DNA from: Candidatus Hadarchaeum sp. | Lineage (GTDB): Archaea > Hadarchaeota > Hadarchaeia > Hadarchaeales > Hadarchaeaceae | Reading direction: 5' to 3' | DNA length: 64,000 bases | NCBI RefSeq assembly: GCF_049969415.1 | Contig: NZ_JBMFOX010000003.1 | Coordinates: 8,960 to 72,959, forward strand | Shown here: positions 1 to 9,773 of the stretch, one piece after another | Layout of the letters: every line of letters begins with the position of its first letter | Numbering within the stretch: the stretch's first letter is position 1 | Translations under genes and position numbers: made by a program | Notes under the pieces: generated by a model | What the model was told of the DNA's origin: nothing | Database searches by the model: none | What the model saw: the letters and a program-made list of their open reading frames with translations, nothing else

Positions 1-1
1 A

Positions 2-580
2 TGGGCTAGGCGTTTGCCACAGGCGGATTTCAGCATGAAGCAGGGGAAGTGGTTGAAATCTGAGCTGATGGGAACAGAGCTGCGCGGAAAGACCTTGGGC
101 ATCATCGGCACGGGCAAGATTGGACAGCGGGTCGGTGCCCTTGCGGTCGCCTTTGGGATGAGGATAGTTGCCCAGGATTGCGTGATATATCCGGAGTTTG
201 TTGCCAAGACCGCATGCGAGTACACCGATTTGGACACGGTTCTCAGGCAGGCGGACTATTTGACCATCCATCTGCCTTTGACGCCGGAGACCAAGTACCT
301 GATAGGACAAAGGGAGCTGAGCCTGATGAAGCCGACCGCCGTCTTGATTAACACTTCTCGGGGTGAAATAGTTGATGAAAACGCTTTGGTCGAGGCCCTT
401 TCGAGCGGCAAAATCGCGGGCGCCTGCCTTGACGTCTTTTCCCGCGAGCCGCCGGTGGACAGCCCGTTGCTGAAGCTGCCGAACGTGATCCTGACGCCTC
501 ACATAGGCGCCTCAACCCACGAGGCCCAAAGGGAGGCAGCCATCCTTATATCGGAGAAGATAAAGGAAGCAATAGTGTAA
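2..580 (+). CDS. D-isomer 2-hydroxyacid dehydrogenase (phosphoglycerate dehydrogenase-like), 5'-partial
   Basis: GIIGTGKIG Rossmann motif, [25 protein letters not shown]; frame open to the window edge. Confidence 0.85.
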   Translation, partial: WARRLPQADFSMKQGKWLKSELMGTELRGKTLGIIGTGKIGQRVGALAVAFGMRIVAQDCVIYPEFVAKTACEYTDLDTVLRQADYLTIHLPLTPETKYLIGQRELSLMKPTAVLINTSRGEIVDENALVEALSSGKIAGACLDVFSREPPVDSPLLKLPNVILTPHIGASTHEAQREAAILISEKIKEAIV

Positions 581-596
581 CTTTGGTGGTGTTCAC

Positions 597-1136
597 TTGG
601 CGACGGAAAAATCGGTGGTGCTGCGAAGCCGCCTGTCCGAATGGCGCAGGGCCCCAGCCATCCAGCGCATCGAGGGCCCAACTAATCCGGAACGGGCGAG
701 AGCGCTGGGTTACAAGGCCAAGCAGGGCGTCGTCGTGGTTAGGGTCCGGGTCAGAAGGGGCGGCAGGAGAAAGGAGAGGCCCTCGCGCGGGAGAAGGCCG
801 AAGCGCATGGGCGTTTTGAAGATAGTGCCCAAGAAGAGCATTCAGCTCATTGCCGAGGAGAGGGCGGCGAGGAAGTGCCCCAACCTCGAGGTTCTTAACT
901 CCTACAAGGTTGCTGAGGATGGCACTCACAAATATTACGAAGTCATCATGCTCGACCCCCATCATCCGGCCATTAAAAGCGACCCTCAGCTGGGCTGGAT
1001 AGCGGCTAGGAAGCACCGGGGCCGTGTTTACCGGGGGCTAACGCATGCCGGGAAGAAGGCCCGCGGGCTGACTAGGAAGGGCAAGGGCGCGGAGCGCATG
1101 AGGCCGAGCGTGAGAGCCCGGAAGAGAATAAAGTGA
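597..1136 (+). CDS. rpl15e: 50S ribosomal protein L15e
   Basis: [37 protein letters not shown] motifs; heads the exosome superoperon. Confidence 0.97.
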   Translation: MATEKSVVLRSRLSEWRRAPAIQRIEGPTNPERARALGYKAKQGVVVVRVRVRRGGRRKERPSRGRRPKRMGVLKIVPKKSIQLIAEERAARKCPNLEVLNSYKVAEDGTHKYYEVIMLDPHHPAIKSDPQLGWIAARKHRGRVYRGLTHAGKKARGLTRKGKGAERMRPSVRARKRIK

Positions 1137-1137
1137 G

Positions 1138-1596
1138 TTGATGGAGTTTCCCTTCAGCAGCGTGGTAATCAGTCTGCACGTGCATGCCACCGAGGACGAG
1201 CAGAAGGTTCTGGAACTGTTGAGAAGTTTTCTACCCGCCTCGGTGGAGGTGCGCAAGTCACACCTGACCGGACATCACGGAAACCCCATCTCGGTTCTTG
1301 AGGCCAGGGTTGGTCAGAAGAAGGAGCTGAGGGAACTGTGGCGATCAATTCAGATGAAGATGGACGAAGCGGCAGTCTCCTATCTTCGAAAAGCGGTCCG
1401 GGAAAGGATTGACGATTCCTGTTTTCTCTACCTCAGGTTTGACAAGCAGGCCGCGTGCGAGGGCAGGCTGGTTCTCACCGAGCTGGGTGAGTCAATCCAT
1501 ATAAAGTTCAAGGTGATTTCATTTCCCGCCAAACGTGACGTGGCTGTGGCTAGGGTGATGGAATTCCTGGAGGCCAGTAGAAATCATGAGGTGTAG
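1138..1596 (+). CDS. predicted exosome-associated RNA-binding protein (COG1325/DUF54)
   Basis: HATEDEQKV, GHHGNPI, LYLRFDKQAA motifs; conserved position after rpl15e. Confidence 0.85.
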   Translation: MMEFPFSSVVISLHVHATEDEQKVLELLRSFLPASVEVRKSHLTGHHGNPISVLEARVGQKKELRELWRSIQMKMDEAAVSYLRKAVRERIDDSCFLYLRFDKQAACEGRLVLTELGESIHIKFKVISFPAKRDVAVARVMEFLEASRNHEV

Positions 1597-1894
1597 GCGG
1601 AGATACGTAGTCTTTGAAGTTGTCGATGGACATCTAAACCTCGACCAAACCGTTGTCCTGCTTCGTAAAGAGTTGAGGGCGAATCAAAATGGGGTCAGGA
1701 CAGTTTTTTATGACGTAGATTCGGGGAGGGGGATTCTTTTTTGCCGCCATCATCTCTTGGACGAACTTAAAAAAAGGATTGTCGAGCGCGGAATTCCGAT
1801 GAGAGTTGTTGGCGTCTCCGGCACGATTAGAACCGCAAAAAGAAAGTTTGGATCATCGCAGGCCGGCAGAGGTAGCGCCCGCGGCCGCCGCTAA
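1586..1894 (+). CDS. rnp2: RNase P protein Pop5/Rpp14
   Basis: N-terminal RRRYVVFEV and C-terminal VVGVSGTIR motifs; precedes psmA. Confidence 0.8.
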   Translation: MRCRRRYVVFEVVDGHLNLDQTVVLLRKELRANQNGVRTVFYDVDSGRGILFCRHHLLDELKKRIVERGIPMRVVGVSGTIRTAKRKFGSSQAGRGSARGRR

Positions 1895-1954
1895 CGTTAA
1901 ATATGCCTATATCTTACAGTTATTGAATCAGGGTCATAGGTTTAAGCAAGGTTG

Positions 1955-2713
1955 ATGTATATGGCGTTTGTACCACCTGGAGCAGGTTATGACAGGGCAA
2001 TTACAGTCTTCAGCCCAGATGGTAAGCTCTTCCAGGTTCAATACGCCCAAGAGGCCGTCAAGCGCGGGCTGACGGCCCTGGGAATCAAGGTAAATGAAGG
2101 AGTGGTTCTGGCTGCGGAAAAAAGGGTTCGTAGTAAGCTAGTGGAGGAGACTTCGATAGAGAAAATCTTTCAAGTGGACGAGCACATCGGGGCGGCGGCA
2201 TCTGGTCTGATTGCCGATGCTCGCGTTTTAATAGATCACGCGCGCATAGAGGCCCAGATTAACCGTTTGCGCTACGACGAGGCGATAAGTGTGGAATCTC
2301 TTGCCAAGCGCATCGGTGACACCAAGCAGCTCTACACACAACACGGTGGCGTCAGGCCATTCGGAGCGAGACTTCTTATTGCAGGTGTCGATAACAAAAA
2401 ACCGCGTCTCTTTGAGACAGATCCCAGCGGAGTTGTGGCAGCTTACAAGTGCCAGGCAATCGGTGGTGGAGCTCAAACGGTGACCGATTTCTTTGAAAAG
2501 AATTATGACGAGAAGCTTTCGCTTGAAGATGCCATCCTCCTCGCGTTGGAGGCGCTTCGGTTGGTAGTTGAGGGAGAGTTTACTGAGGAGAACGTGGAAA
2601 TGGCGGTTATTCCTGCGAAAACAGGGCGTTTTGAGAAGCTGAGCAATGAGGAAATCGCCAAGTATATTAAGAAGTTGGGCCCTAAGCCGCAGACCAAGTC
2701 CGCGAAGGAGTAG
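1955..2713 (+). CDS. psmA: proteasome alpha subunit
   Basis: GYDRAITVFSPDGKLFQVQYA signature, GVRPFG. Confidence 0.98.
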   Translation: MYMAFVPPGAGYDRAITVFSPDGKLFQVQYAQEAVKRGLTALGIKVNEGVVLAAEKRVRSKLVEETSIEKIFQVDEHIGAAASGLIADARVLIDHARIEAQINRLRYDEAISVESLAKRIGDTKQLYTQHGGVRPFGARLLIAGVDNKKPRLFETDPSGVVAAYKCQAIGGGAQTVTDFFEKNYDEKLSLEDAILLALEALRLVVEGEFTEENVEMAVIPAKTGRFEKLSNEEIAKYIKKLGPKPQTKSAKE

Positions 2714-2719
2714 CGGGCC

Positions 2720-3412
2720 ATGGTCAAGTTAGAGGACGCTGTTGTGGCAAGGCTCTCCAGCCACGGGACGACGTTTGAGGTGCTGGTTGATCCCGAGCTG
2801 GCGTTAAGCCTCAGACAGGGGGGCACCGTGGATATGCGCAGCCTGTTGGCGAGCGACAAGATCTTCAAGGACTCGAAAAAGGGTGATGTAGCCTCTGAGG
2901 AAATGATTAAAAAGGTGTTTGGAACCACCGACGTTTTCCAGGTTGCCGAGCAGATTGTGAAACGGGGGGAGGTTCAGGTCACCACGGAGCAGAGACGGAG
3001 AATGCGCGAGCAGAGGTTAAGACAGGTGGTGGCCATGATCTCCAGACGCGCAGTCAACCCGCAGACGGGGCTGCCCCATCCGCCGGCGAGAATTGAGTCG
3101 GCGATCAACGAGGCCAAGGTCCAGATAGACGAGTACAAGAGCGCCGAGGAGCAGCTTCCCAAGATAGTTAAGGCGCTAACACCGATTCTGCCGCTGAAAT
3201 TTGAGACGAAAAGGGTGGCGATAAGGATTCCGGCCAGCTATGTGGGCCGGGTTCAACGTACGGTGAGGGAGTTTGGGACGGTGAAACAGGAACAGTGGCT
3301 CAATGACGGCTCATGGGCTGTGGTGGTGGAAATACCGGCCGGAGTGCAGGGGGAGTTCTTCGACAGGCTCAACGACCTGACCCGCGGTGAGGTCGAGACC
3401 AAGGTGTTGTGA
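2720..3412 (+). CDS. ribosome maturation factor SBDS/Sdo1
   Basis: FEVLVDP, IFKDSKKG, NPQTGLPHPPARIE motifs. Confidence 0.96.
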   Translation: MVKLEDAVVARLSSHGTTFEVLVDPELALSLRQGGTVDMRSLLASDKIFKDSKKGDVASEEMIKKVFGTTDVFQVAEQIVKRGEVQVTTEQRRRMREQRLRQVVAMISRRAVNPQTGLPHPPARIESAINEAKVQIDEYKSAEEQLPKIVKALTPILPLKFETKRVAIRIPASYVGRVQRTVREFGTVKQEQWLNDGSWAVVVEIPAGVQGEFFDRLNDLTRGEVETKVL

Positions 3413-4104
3413 TGATTTACGTTCAGAATAGGGAGATTGTGGTTCCTGGGCAGTTGATTGCGGAAGGGGATTATCGGCACCTCGAGGGATCTTACCGCGA
3501 GGGCGACAAGATTTACTCGGCAGTGGTGGGGCTGGCCGATGTTAAGGGAGACAAGGTTAGGGTGATCCCTCTCCAAGGACGCTACATACCGCATGTCGGC
3601 GATCTCGTCATCGGGGTCGTCATCGACAACCACTCCTCGGGCTGGATACTCGATATTAACTCGCCTTACACGGCAAACCTGTTCGTTTCCGAGCTGGTGC
3701 ATCGCAAGGTTGACCTTAACAAAGAGGACATAAGCAAGTTCCTCAGCATCGGTGACGTGGTGCTTGCCTTGGTTAAGGAGGTCGACGAGTATATGCGGGT
3801 GCTGCTGGAAACCCCGGGTCGCGGTATGGGTAAGATCAAGGGTGGCAAGTTGGTGGAGATCTCGCCGGCAAAGATACCGCGGGTGCTGGGGCGCAAGGGG
3901 TCGATGCTTAAGGTGATAGAATCAAAGACCGGCTGTACCCTTGCCGTGGGTCAGAACGGAAGGATAATAATCTGGGGGAAGGACCCAGAAAGGATTAACC
4001 TAGCCGTGGAGGCAATACTCATGATCGAGCGCGAGGCGCACACCTCTGGTCTCACCGACCGGGTGTCGCTCATGCTTGAGAAAGAAAAATCAGGAGGAAA
4101 TTGA
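3409..4104 (+). CDS. rrp4: exosome RNA-binding subunit Rrp4
   Basis: VVPGQ, YIPHVGDLVIG (S1), IPRVLGRKGSM (KH), EREAHTSGLT. Confidence 0.96.
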   Translation: MMIYVQNREIVVPGQLIAEGDYRHLEGSYREGDKIYSAVVGLADVKGDKVRVIPLQGRYIPHVGDLVIGVVIDNHSSGWILDINSPYTANLFVSELVHRKVDLNKEDISKFLSIGDVVLALVKEVDEYMRVLLETPGRGMGKIKGGKLVEISPAKIPRVLGRKGSMLKVIESKTGCTLAVGQNGRIIIWGKDPERINLAVEAILMIEREAHTSGLTDRVSLMLEKEKSGGN

Positions 4105-4827
4105 ATGGAAAAACCGGAAAAATTGTTGATAGATGGAAAAAGACTTGACGGCCGAGCACCTGACGAGCTCAGGCCGTTGAAAATAAAGGCAGGAGTTCTC
4201 GAGCGGGCCGACGGTTCCGCATACGTCGAGCTCGGAAACAATAAAGTGTTTGCCGCAGTCTACGGACCGAGGGAAATGCATCCGAGGCACGATCAGCAGC
4301 CGGACGCGGCGGTGCTGCGTTGCCGGTACAGCATGGCGCCGTTTTCGGTAGAGGATCGAAAGAAGCCAGGGCCGGACAGGAGGTCGATGGAGATCTCCAA
4401 GGTTACCCAGGAGGCGCTGGAGCCCGTGCTTTTCCTTGAGCTTTATCCGAGGTCGGTCATCGACGTTTTCATTGAAGTGTTGCAGGCTGATGCCGGGACC
4501 AGAACTGCGGGAATTAACGCGGCCGCGGTGGCGCTGGCCGATGCCGGCGTGCCGATGAGGGACTTGGTTTCCTCGGTGGCGGTGGGCAAGATAGACGATA
4601 CCATCGTCCTAGACCTCATGAAGGAGGAGGACCAGTTTGGGACGACGGACATGCCCGTGGCGATTATACCGCGGAAGAAGGTGGTCACACTCCTGCAGAT
4701 GGACGGGCATTTCACCAAGGAGGAGTTCAAGCAGGCTCTGGACCTTGCCTTCAAGGGATGTGAGAAGATTTATGAGGTGCAACGGCAAGCGCTAAAGGAG
4801 AAGTATGCCATTAAGGAGAGCGAGTAG
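4105..4827 (+). CDS. rrp41: exosome exonuclease Rrp41
   Basis: [27 protein letters not shown]. Confidence 0.97.
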   Translation: MEKPEKLLIDGKRLDGRAPDELRPLKIKAGVLERADGSAYVELGNNKVFAAVYGPREMHPRHDQQPDAAVLRCRYSMAPFSVEDRKKPGPDRRSMEISKVTQEALEPVLFLELYPRSVIDVFIEVLQADAGTRTAGINAAAVALADAGVPMRDLVSSVAVGKIDDTIVLDLMKEEDQFGTTDMPVAIIPRKKVVTLLQMDGHFTKEEFKQALDLAFKGCEKIYEVQRQALKEKYAIKESE

Positions 4828-4829
4828 CT

Positions 4830-5594
4830 ATGGATGAAATAATTTCCTGCGTTAAAAGGGATTACATAATCGATCTGGTGAAGCAGGGCAAGCGCGTCGA
4901 TGGTCGCGCTTTGGACCAGCTCCGGGAAGTGGTGGTGGAAAGGGGCGTGATAAAGACCGCCAACGGGTCAGCGAAGGTGAAGCTGGGCAAGACCCAGGTC
5001 CTCGTCGGTGTCAAGCTGATGCATGCGGAGCCTTTTCCGGACACCCCTGGGAGCGGGGTCTTGATTGTGAACGCGGAGCTGCTGCCGCTGGCCTCGCCCA
5101 CCTTTGAGCCCGGACCGCCGCGCGTTGAGGCCATTGAACTGGCGCGCGTGGTCGACCGTGGCATCAGGGAATCGGATGCCATTGATTTGGAAAAGCTGGG
5201 GATAAAGCCGGGAGAGGATGTCTGGTCGGTTTTCATCGACATCGACGTGCTGGATCACGACGGCGGGCTCATCGATGCCTCGGCCCTTGCCGCCATAGCC
5301 GCGCTTACCGATGTGAAGCCACCGCAGGATGAGGACTGGAAGCTGCCGGGATTCCCCCTGTCTAAGCTACCTGTGGCGGTGACCGTGGCCAAAATAGACG
5401 ACAGGCTGGTGGTCGATCCCTGTTTGGACGAGGAGAGGGTTATGGATGCTAGGCTGACGATAACTACCATTGAGGACGGCAGCATCTGCTCCATGCAGAA
5501 GGGAGGCAGGGGGTACTTTACCCGTGAGGAGCTGGAGCAGGCCTATGATTTAGCCAGCGCTAAGGGGATGGAGCTTAGGGAGAAGTTGAGGTGA
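4830..5594 (+). CDS. rrp42: exosome subunit Rrp42
   Basis: [35 protein letters not shown]. Confidence 0.97.
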   Translation: MDEIISCVKRDYIIDLVKQGKRVDGRALDQLREVVVERGVIKTANGSAKVKLGKTQVLVGVKLMHAEPFPDTPGSGVLIVNAELLPLASPTFEPGPPRVEAIELARVVDRGIRESDAIDLEKLGIKPGEDVWSVFIDIDVLDHDGGLIDASALAAIAALTDVKPPQDEDWKLPGFPLSKLPVAVTVAKIDDRLVVDPCLDEERVMDARLTITTIEDGSICSMQKGGRGYFTREELEQAYDLASAKGMELREKLR

Positions 5595-5598
5595 GCCG

Positions 5599-5859
5599 AT
5601 GCCCAGAACCAAGAAGGTTGGGTCAGCGGGCAGGTTCGGTCCTCGCTACGGCACCAAGGTCAGGAAGCTCGTGGTCGAGGTTGAGAAAAAACTTAAGCAG
5701 GATTACAAGTGTCCTAGCTGCGGGGCACTGAAGGTCAGAAGGACATGTTCCTCAATCTGGCAGTGCCGCCGCTGCGGAGCTAAGTTTGCCGGCGGGGCAT
5801 ACACTCCGGCGGCCGTGGCGGCACCGGCCGAGAAGTCGCCACCAAAGGAGGGAGCCTAG
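5599..5859 (+). CDS. rpl37ae: 50S ribosomal protein L37ae
   Basis: [12 protein letters not shown]...CRRC zinc ribbon, AGGAY. Confidence 0.97.
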   Translation: MPRTKKVGSAGRFGPRYGTKVRKLVVEVEKKLKQDYKCPSCGALKVRRTCSSIWQCRRCGAKFAGGAYTPAAVAAPAEKSPPKEGA

Positions 5860-5990
5860 TGTACCGATGCGGTGAATGCGGCAGGATGGTGGAGAAGCTT
5901 CCGGAGAACCGGCCGCGTTGTCCCTATTGCGGCTCGAAAATACTTTACAAACCGCGCCGGGATGTTATCCGCAAAGTAAAGGCGCGGTGA
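5859..5990 (+). CDS. rpoP: DNA-directed RNA polymerase subunit P (Rpo12)
   Basis: Not in ORF track; GTG start, 43 aa MYRCGECG...RCPYCGSKILYKPR...VKAR; canonical position after rpl37ae. Confidence 0.93.
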   Translation: MYRCGECGRMVEKLPENRPRCPYCGSKILYKPRRDVIRKVKAR

Positions 5991-6029
5991 GCGTTCAATT
6001 TGACTGGCTCAAAGATAATTGGTAAAGCT

Positions 6030-6563
6030 ATGCTATTAACCACCTCGAGGCGGCCATGCCATCTCGCCCGGATTCTGGGCAGAGAGCTGGCTCGTCTCCT
6101 GCCAGACAGCGAGTATGTGCCGCGGGGTGTCAAGACAATAGAAAAAGTAGCTGCGCTGGCCAGGCAGAGGGGCCACCATCGCGTGATCATCATTAACAGT
6201 TCTTCAGATCGACCAAGCGAGATGCGATTTCTTGAAGTTGGGGGCACCTGGCAGTGGCTGAACGCGTCGATGAAGCTCGCCGGAGTAGCGGTTAATCGGG
6301 TAAAGATCAAGGGCAAGAATTTTGGCGGGCTAAAGATTTACGCTGGTGATCCGGGTTCTTTCAATTTTTCCCGATGGCTGAGCCGGGTTCTGAGTATCGA
6401 GTGTACGGATCGGTTGCCTGAGTCGGGGCCCGTAGTTCTTCTAACTTCAGACGGTGGCTTAAAAATACGTTTCAGGATCATGCCGTGTGCTGAGGAAGTG
6501 GGACCAGTGTTGTCGGTAGCCTCTTTTGGCCCCCTGTTTCGAGGGGCAAATTTGGAGGTGTGA
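6030..6563 (+). CDS. Brix/Imp4-domain ribosome biogenesis protein
   Basis: MLLTTSRRP, YVPRG.K motif; superoperon position. Confidence 0.85.
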   Translation: MLLTTSRRPCHLARILGRELARLLPDSEYVPRGVKTIEKVAALARQRGHHRVIIINSSSDRPSEMRFLEVGGTWQWLNASMKLAGVAVNRVKIKGKNFGGLKIYAGDPGSFNFSRWLSRVLSIECTDRLPESGPVVLLTSDGGLKIRFRIMPCAEEVGPVLSVASFGPLFRGANLEV

Positions 6564-6835
6564 TGATGGTGCGCTCCGAGAGGGCCAGCGCCGTGGTAAG
6601 GCTGGAGTTTGGGAGCGCCCGTGAGGCTGAGGCGGTGAGACGTGCCCTTGCCCCGGAGGAGGAGCTGCCGGCAACCTCCCGGTGCCGGGCAAAGATCTTC
6701 CGGAGAGAAAATGATTTATTTTTGCAGGTAGATGCAAAAGACACAGCGGCCCTGCGTGCAGCGCTCAACTCGTTCATAAGATGGGCGATTGTTGCGCGCG
6801 ACATGTTGGAGCCAAGGAGGAAAAGAGATGGATAA
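6560..6835 (+). CDS. pcc1: KEOPS subunit Pcc1
   Basis: ALAPE...LRAALNSFIRW motif. Confidence 0.9.
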   Translation: MMMVRSERASAVVRLEFGSAREAEAVRRALAPEEELPATSRCRAKIFRRENDLFLQVDAKDTAALRAALNSFIRWAIVARDMLEPRRKRDG

Positions 6836-7193
6836 ACTTTCGCCGCAGCTAAGGCATCAGCTGGCCCAATTTCAGCAGGCGCAACAGCAGGCGCAGATAC
6901 TGATGAACCAGCGACAGCAGCTGGAACTGCTGCTGCGCGAGACTGAGAGGGCACACGAGGAACTGGCTAAACTGCCCGAAGACACCGTGGTCTACAAGAG
7001 CGTGGGGACGATTCTGGTTAAAGTCAACAAGGCCGAGCTTCAGAAGAGCCTTGCCGAGCAGAAGGAAACACTGGACCTGAGGATCAAGACCTTGGAGCGC
7101 CAGAGTGAGCGTGCCATCCAGCGCCTGCGGGAGATGCAGGCCAAGATTGACGAGGCGCTGAAGGGCCAGGGATCAGAGGGCTTGGCGAGCTAG
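6828..7193 (+). CDS. pfdB: prefoldin beta subunit
   Basis: coiled coil, VYKSVGTILVK, LRIKTLERQ. Confidence 0.95.
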   Translation: MDKLSPQLRHQLAQFQQAQQQAQILMNQRQQLELLLRETERAHEELAKLPEDTVVYKSVGTILVKVNKAELQKSLAEQKETLDLRIKTLERQSERAIQRLREMQAKIDEALKGQGSEGLAS

Positions 7194-7202
7194 GCGGGCC
7201 AG

Positions 7203-8186
7203 ATGAGGGAGGCGGCAGACTTTTTAATCCAAGCTGCTAGCAGCGGGCAGCGTATTGTCGTGCTTTGCCACCGCAATGCCGACCCCGACGCCGTGGCCAG
7301 CGCCGTGGTTCTGGCCGAGGCTATGGCCGGACTGGGGGGCCGGGTTAAGGCCGCGGCTGCCGACGATCTCGCAGCGATTTCTGAGGCCGTCTTGAACAGC
7401 TTTAGTCGGAAGATTGGGGTGAATCCGGAGCTTGATTTCGACTTGGCCATCTTCGTCGATACCTCAAGCTTCGGTCACTTGGGTGAATTCGGCCAGAAGC
7501 TTAAGGATTCCGGCATCCCCTTCGCCGTTATCGACCATCACAAACCCGTGGAGGAAATGAGGCAGCTGGCAAAGTTCTACTATGTTCGTGAGGACATCAC
7601 CTCGGAGTCGGAACTCATCTACCGTATTCTGACCGAGATGGGTGTCAAGCTGACGCCCGACCAAGCCTCGCTGCTGCTGGTGGGGGTCATCAGTGACACC
7701 GGCCATTTCAGGTTTGCCAATCCAGACACCTTCGCGGTGGTGGAGGGGCTGCTGAAGGCTGGGGCGGATTACAATCGGGCGCTGGACCTCCTCAAGCCAC
7801 CCGATGACCTCTCCCGGAGAGTGGCCATGCTCAAGGCCGCTGGGCGCTCCGAGCTGCAGCGCATAAACGGTCGCTTGATCGTCTTTTCGGACCTAGGTTC
7901 TTTCGAGGGTGACGCCGCAGGGATGTTGGTTCGGATTGGGGCGGATGTGGCCTTCGTTGGTTCTGAGGAAAAAGGGGAGTTCCGGGTCAGCGGCCGGGCC
8001 AGTCCTGAGTTCCTTAAGGAGACGGGGCTGCACCTTGGCGAGATGATGGAGGAACTGGGGAAGCAGTTCAACGGTAGCGGCGGCGGTCACGCGGGCGCCG
8101 CCAGCGTTACCGGCAAAGGCTCGTTTGAGGAAGTGAAAAAACAGATTGTCAAGATGCTCCAGAAGAAACTGGTCAAGGCGGAGTGA
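7203..8186 (+). CDS. DHH family phosphoesterase (NrnA-like)
   Basis: HRNADPDA, VDTS, IDHH, SDTG, GGGHAGAA. Confidence 0.92.
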   Translation: MREAADFLIQAASSGQRIVVLCHRNADPDAVASAVVLAEAMAGLGGRVKAAAADDLAAISEAVLNSFSRKIGVNPELDFDLAIFVDTSSFGHLGEFGQKLKDSGIPFAVIDHHKPVEEMRQLAKFYYVREDITSESELIYRILTEMGVKLTPDQASLLLVGVISDTGHFRFANPDTFAVVEGLLKAGADYNRALDLLKPPDDLSRRVAMLKAAGRSELQRINGRLIVFSDLGSFEGDAAGMLVRIGADVAFVGSEEKGEFRVSGRASPEFLKETGLHLGEMMEELGKQFNGSGGGHAGAASVTGKGSFEEVKKQIVKMLQKKLVKAE

Positions 8187-8190
8187 CTCG

Positions 8191-9108
8191 ATGTTCATTC
8201 CGAGGGATGTGGTTTTGGAGCTGGAGAAGGCGGGCTATCGATTTGTGGGCCGGCACCGCCATGCAGCGGTGAAAGTCTGCCACTGGACGAGAAAAAGCCT
8301 GCTGAATCGGGGCAGCTGCTACAAGCAGAAGTTCTACGGAATCCAAAGCCACCGCTGCCTGCAGTTGGCGCCCGGCCTGCCCCTCTGCGATCATAGGTGC
8401 ATCTTCTGCTGGCGCAACATCGAGATAACCAACCCGCGCTGGGAAGGTGAAACTGACGATCCGGCCGAGATTCTGGAGGAGGCCATTGCTGCCCAGCGGC
8501 TGCTCCTCAGCGGATTCGGAGGAAATCCTGAGGTTGATAAAAAAAAGTTCCGGGAGGCGCTGGCACCAAATCACTGTGCTATTTCCCTAGCTGGGGAGCC
8601 CACGCTGTATCCTAAGATCAACGGATTGATTGAGGAGTGTCGGAGGCGCGGGATGACCAGTTTTCTGGTGAGCAATGGGCAGCATCCCGAGGTGCTGGAA
8701 CGCTTGGTGGAGCCGACCCAGCTCTACATCTCCCTGGTGGCGCCAGACCCGGAGAGCTATCAGCGGATCTGCCGCCCCGTGCGGAGCGATGGCTGGGAAA
8801 GGCTCAGGCGGAGCTTGGAAATCTTGGCCTCGTTCAGCTGTCGCAAGGTAATCCGGCTGACGCTGGTCAAGGGCCTGAATTTCAGGGATCCTCAGGCCTA
8901 CGCGAGGATGGTTGAAGACACTGAAGCCGATTTCATTGAGGTCAAGGCCTACATGTGTGTGGGCTATTCCCGGAGCCGGCTCGGTCTGGAGAACATGCCG
9001 CTCCATTCGGAAATAGTTGATTTTGCACGGGCGGTTGCAGAGGCCACCGGTTACCGGGTTTCTGACGAGGCGGAGCTCAGCCGCGTGGTCCTCCTCAGCA
9101 GACGCTAG
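8191..9108 (+). CDS. taw1: 4-demethylwyosine synthase Taw1 (radical SAM)
   Basis: VKVCHWT, CYKQKFYGIQSHRCLQ, CDHRCIFCWR, AISLAGEPT. Confidence 0.95.
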   Translation: MFIPRDVVLELEKAGYRFVGRHRHAAVKVCHWTRKSLLNRGSCYKQKFYGIQSHRCLQLAPGLPLCDHRCIFCWRNIEITNPRWEGETDDPAEILEEAIAAQRLLLSGFGGNPEVDKKKFREALAPNHCAISLAGEPTLYPKINGLIEECRRRGMTSFLVSNGQHPEVLERLVEPTQLYISLVAPDPESYQRICRPVRSDGWERLRRSLEILASFSCRKVIRLTLVKGLNFRDPQAYARMVEDTEADFIEVKAYMCVGYSRSRLGLENMPLHSEIVDFARAVAEATGYRVSDEAELSRVVLLSRR

Positions 9109-9170
9109 TGGGAGACGCAGCCACAAGCCTTGAATAGTTTGACCTTTTAGTTAGTGAAGGAGGCGCAAAC

Positions 9171-9773
9171 TTGTTGGAACGGATGAGGGCCTATTTTGAC
9201 AGCCAGGCGGAGCTGAGGGAGCAAGCGCTGGAGGCCTCGCGGCAGACGATCCGGGCCGCCGCCAAGGCGATTGCGGCCATCCATCGTGGGGAGCAAACGG
9301 CGGCGGACAAGTTCCTTGCCGAGGCGCGGGAGGGGCTGAATTCATTGGCGAAGCTGACCGCGGATGCCCCGGAGCTGGCGGAGTCGGGAATCGTGCTTTC
9401 AGCCCAGCAGGAGTATGGCGAGGCGGAGATAGTTAGGGCGGCGATCTTGGGAGGGAAGCTGCTGGAGGTCGACGAGATCGGCATCCCCTACAAGCCCTAT
9501 CTGGCGGCGCTGGCGGACGCGGCTGGTGAGCTGCGGCGCCACATCCTAGATTTAATCCGGGCTAACGAAATCGAGCGCGCTGAGGCCATGCTGAAGCTGA
9601 TGGAGACCATTTTTGAGTTCCTGATGGAGTTCGATTACGCGGACGCGGTGCTTCCCGGGATGAAGAGGCGGCAGGACATGTTGCGGCAGGTGCTGGAGAG
9701 GACCAGAGGGGACCTGACCTTGGCCCTGAGACAGCAGCGGCTCGAGCGGGCGCTGGAGAAGCGGGGCGGTTGA
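9171..9773 (+). CDS. translin/TRAX family RNA-binding protein
   Basis: helical protein with RE..L..SR, QEYGEA, YL..LAD..GELRR, R..LERTR. Confidence 0.88.
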   Translation: MLERMRAYFDSQAELREQALEASRQTIRAAAKAIAAIHRGEQTAADKFLAEAREGLNSLAKLTADAPELAESGIVLSAQQEYGEAEIVRAAILGGKLLEVDEIGIPYKPYLAALADAAGELRRHILDLIRANEIERAEAMLKLMETIFEFLMEFDYADAVLPGMKRRQDMLRQVLERTRGDLTLALRQQRLERALEKRGG

